From positions 248,001-312,000 of the forward strand of contig NW_027272208.1 of the NCBI RefSeq assembly GCF_040938485.1: a stretch of 64,000 nt of DNA, given 5' to 3'. Below the pieces are notes generated by a model. The model was not told the DNA's origin. It saw nothing but the letters and a program-made list of their open reading frames with translations, and ran no database searches. Shown here one piece after another: positions 61,381 to 64,000 of this stretch. Numbering within the stretch: the stretch's first letter is position 1; each line of letters starts with the position of its first letter. A program made the translations under genes and the position numbers. The stretch comes from Diadema antillarum. Its lineage: Eukaryota.

Positions 61381-64000
61381 TAGTGACTTGGGGCTGAAAT
61401 TTTAGATCATTTCATCTCTGTGGTATATAGAGGAGTTATCTCAGTTTCATAAAACAGCCAAAGCTTGCAGATTCCTCAACATCTTTATTGAGAAAAGGAA
61501 TTTATGAGAGCATTTCAGTTGCAAACATGTAGCGTTTAAACAGTGTTGACCTGGAGTTTGGCAAGTGTTATATTAAGTTTTCTGACAAGATGAAAACAAA
61601 GCATCTTTGGTTCACACAGAGTTGCTGTGTGAGTCATTTCAGCTTCAGAGGAAAGTAATAACAACATACCAAAGACTTATGTCGTTTCAGAAGAGGCAGA
61701 AATTGTGATTTACAGTCAACCTTGCCCAAGTTGAATCCAAAAAGATTGGTCAAAATCTTTTGACTTCAATGAATTTCACCTCACACAATGGAATAAACAT
61801 GTGTTTATATCCAGCAGGGTAGAATTTTTCAACTTCACCCATTCTGGATTTGTGCAAGGTCAACACAGGCAAAATTGACTGTATTCCAAGATTTTATCAA
61901 TGCCTTTTACAGTGTGTATGTTGTCTGTGCTGTTAAAGGGAAACCACTGAAATAAAATGATAACTAACTTTGTCACGAGAAAATCTGTCCCCTTACAAAG
62001 TTTGCCAGACATTGATTTATGTGAAGATGTTGACCATCGCCGTGAATACTGTGACGATAGCTCACTACGATTTTCTTTGCGAGACAAGTGATTAATTTGT
62101 TCCACTATCGTCTTATGATTTAGTTTAAAATGTTCTAAGTAATAATAGCAGGATGTCTGAAATACATGTACACTTGTATCTCCATTTATTTTGCTCCACC
62201 TACTCCAGAATACTGTATAAAGTTTGAAACATCCGAAAGACAAATATTCTTTCCAGTGACAGAAAAAAAAAGTCTGTTAACTTACTCTTTGTTTTACTGA
62301 CAATCAAAGTGTGACCACAGTCCTCTAGAGTGAAGATGATTTTGAATGCAGGATTCGGTGGTATACTTTATTAAAGCATTTGTAGATAATTACCTTGTTA
62401 ACTTCCCAGGGGGTGAATAAAAAAGAAGTGGACAACTCTTAGTCAACAGATTACATTGATGTTAACGTCATCAGTGACCATTTCTGGCACACTCCTATTT
62501 CTTTCTTTTTTTCCAACGGCACATATTTCTTGAGATGATAATCATGACTCTGTGAAGCTGAAAATACTTTGTATGTATGACAATGTAAATATCATTTCAT
62601 AAAATATGATGTAATAAATGTACATAATCAACTCTTTTGGGCCTTGAAAATCTGTTAGTTTTGTAATGCTGAGGATGCAAAAGAGTGAAGACAATAATAA
62701 AATAAAAAACATCAAATCACATTTTTAATCCAGTCTTTAATAACTTTATTGCATTTTGCAAAAATGAAAATGTGACCTTACCTCAGTATCTATTACCATT
62801 TGCAATTTATTGCAAGAAATGATATCTTGAACAGAACACTGCATTTAGTTTCCGTGTGTGCACAAAACCTGCCAGTTATATTTGTGGAGGAAATGTACTC
62901 ATTTCACTCCTTCCTATTTTCATTCATATGTCAAAGGTCAGAGGCATTGGACAAACACAAATTAAAGAATTACACAGTGTGGGAGACAACTCCTGAATGA
63001 TATGAGAACATATCTTGTCAATTTGATTTGAAGGTACATGTAGGATGAACTGATAAAAACACACATGTTAGCACACACAAGGTTTGCTATTGGATGATAA
63101 GTGGTCGGAGAGATACAAGGGTGCACTTTTTCATGATGGTTAATTATCCAACATGTGGGCAAACAATGACTCAGTGTGGAGGGCAGCTATTAACACCATT
63201 GTACCTTCATAGACCCTTTACTGTACGTCTGATATGATCACAAAGAACAGAATGAATTCTTCTGACCAGTAAATGACAGACAAAATCAGACTGGAGATTA
63301 GCTTACAGCTTCTTTGTGACCTGGCTGTAACCTCCAGACAGAGTGAGCCTTTATCACTTTGCTTCTTTCCTTCTGCCAAGGAGTTCATGATTTCAAGATT
63401 GCAATCACAAACACAATTTAGCTTCGAGTTCCATTTTCAAATTGTGAGCAACCATGTAGACACGCTGTCTGTTTGGGAGATATTTACTTTCTCTTGTAAG
63501 TGCAATGTACAAACAGTATCTCATTAAGAAGAGATAACAGCTAATTGTTTAACAGACCAAACAAGGCAATCATGTCGAGCCCTATCACTTTCAATATCAT
63601 TCTGTAAAGGTGAACTACATGATACTTCAGGTGGGATCACATACTGCAATGGTAGAAATTTACCCCACAGTGAAAATAACGTTGATTATAAAGCAGCAGA
63701 CCAGAGACATAACGGGTCATGAAATACAATGACCATTTGACCGTTGGTGAATCATGTCTACAATCACAAAGGTGTATGAGATACCTGCCTAGTTACTGTA
63801 GCATCATCACTTGTGTAGAAATTATTTGTGTCCAGCCAGAGAAGACATTACGTTTCTTGATTCTGTTTGATATAACTACCTATCAAAATCTAAAAGGACA
63901 TATGCTTCAAAGTCCTCAATAATCTCCAGCTGAAACATGATGAAAACTACGTACATGTAGTTGTACTTTCCACTGGTTAAGGTAAAATTTACAACATTTT

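Noticed and set aside
60900-64000. Short ORFs downstream of MED28
   Set aside because: No recognisable protein motifs or splice-consistent chain; probably 3' UTR or intergenic.

Overview
Eukaryotic, intron-rich, AT-rich genomic DNA from an invertebrate animal. A deuterostome, most likely a sea urchin, is my inference from protein similarity, conserved intron positions and repeat style. Four housekeeping genes could be rebuilt exon by exon with canonical GT-AG junctions and consistent phases: PLPBP (+, 7 coding exons, 4343-11787), HSPA9/mortalin (-, 14 exons, 18370-36163), SUCLG1 (-, 8 exons, 39761-57648) and MED28 (+, 4 exons, 58099-60850). SUCLG1 and MED28 are head-to-head with 450 bp between their ATGs. 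The most striking element is a complete, apparently very young 10.3-kb Gypsy/Ty3 LTR retrotransposon (40747-51030) lying in sense orientation inside the last intron of SUCLG1. It has 1983-bp near-identical LTRs, a CTTG target duplication, a tRNA-Pro PBS, a PPT, a PNMA-like Gag, a -1 frameshift signal and an intact PR-RT-RH-IN Pol. The window also holds a 5'-truncated LINE in PLPBP intron 1, two copies of a foldback (palindromic) element in the first introns of HSPA9 and SUCLG1, many MITEs (two inverted pairs tightly bracket single HSPA9 exons) and microsatellites. No tRNA, rRNA, CRISPR or convincing snoRNA was found. All homology calls come from motif recognition by eye; no searches were run.
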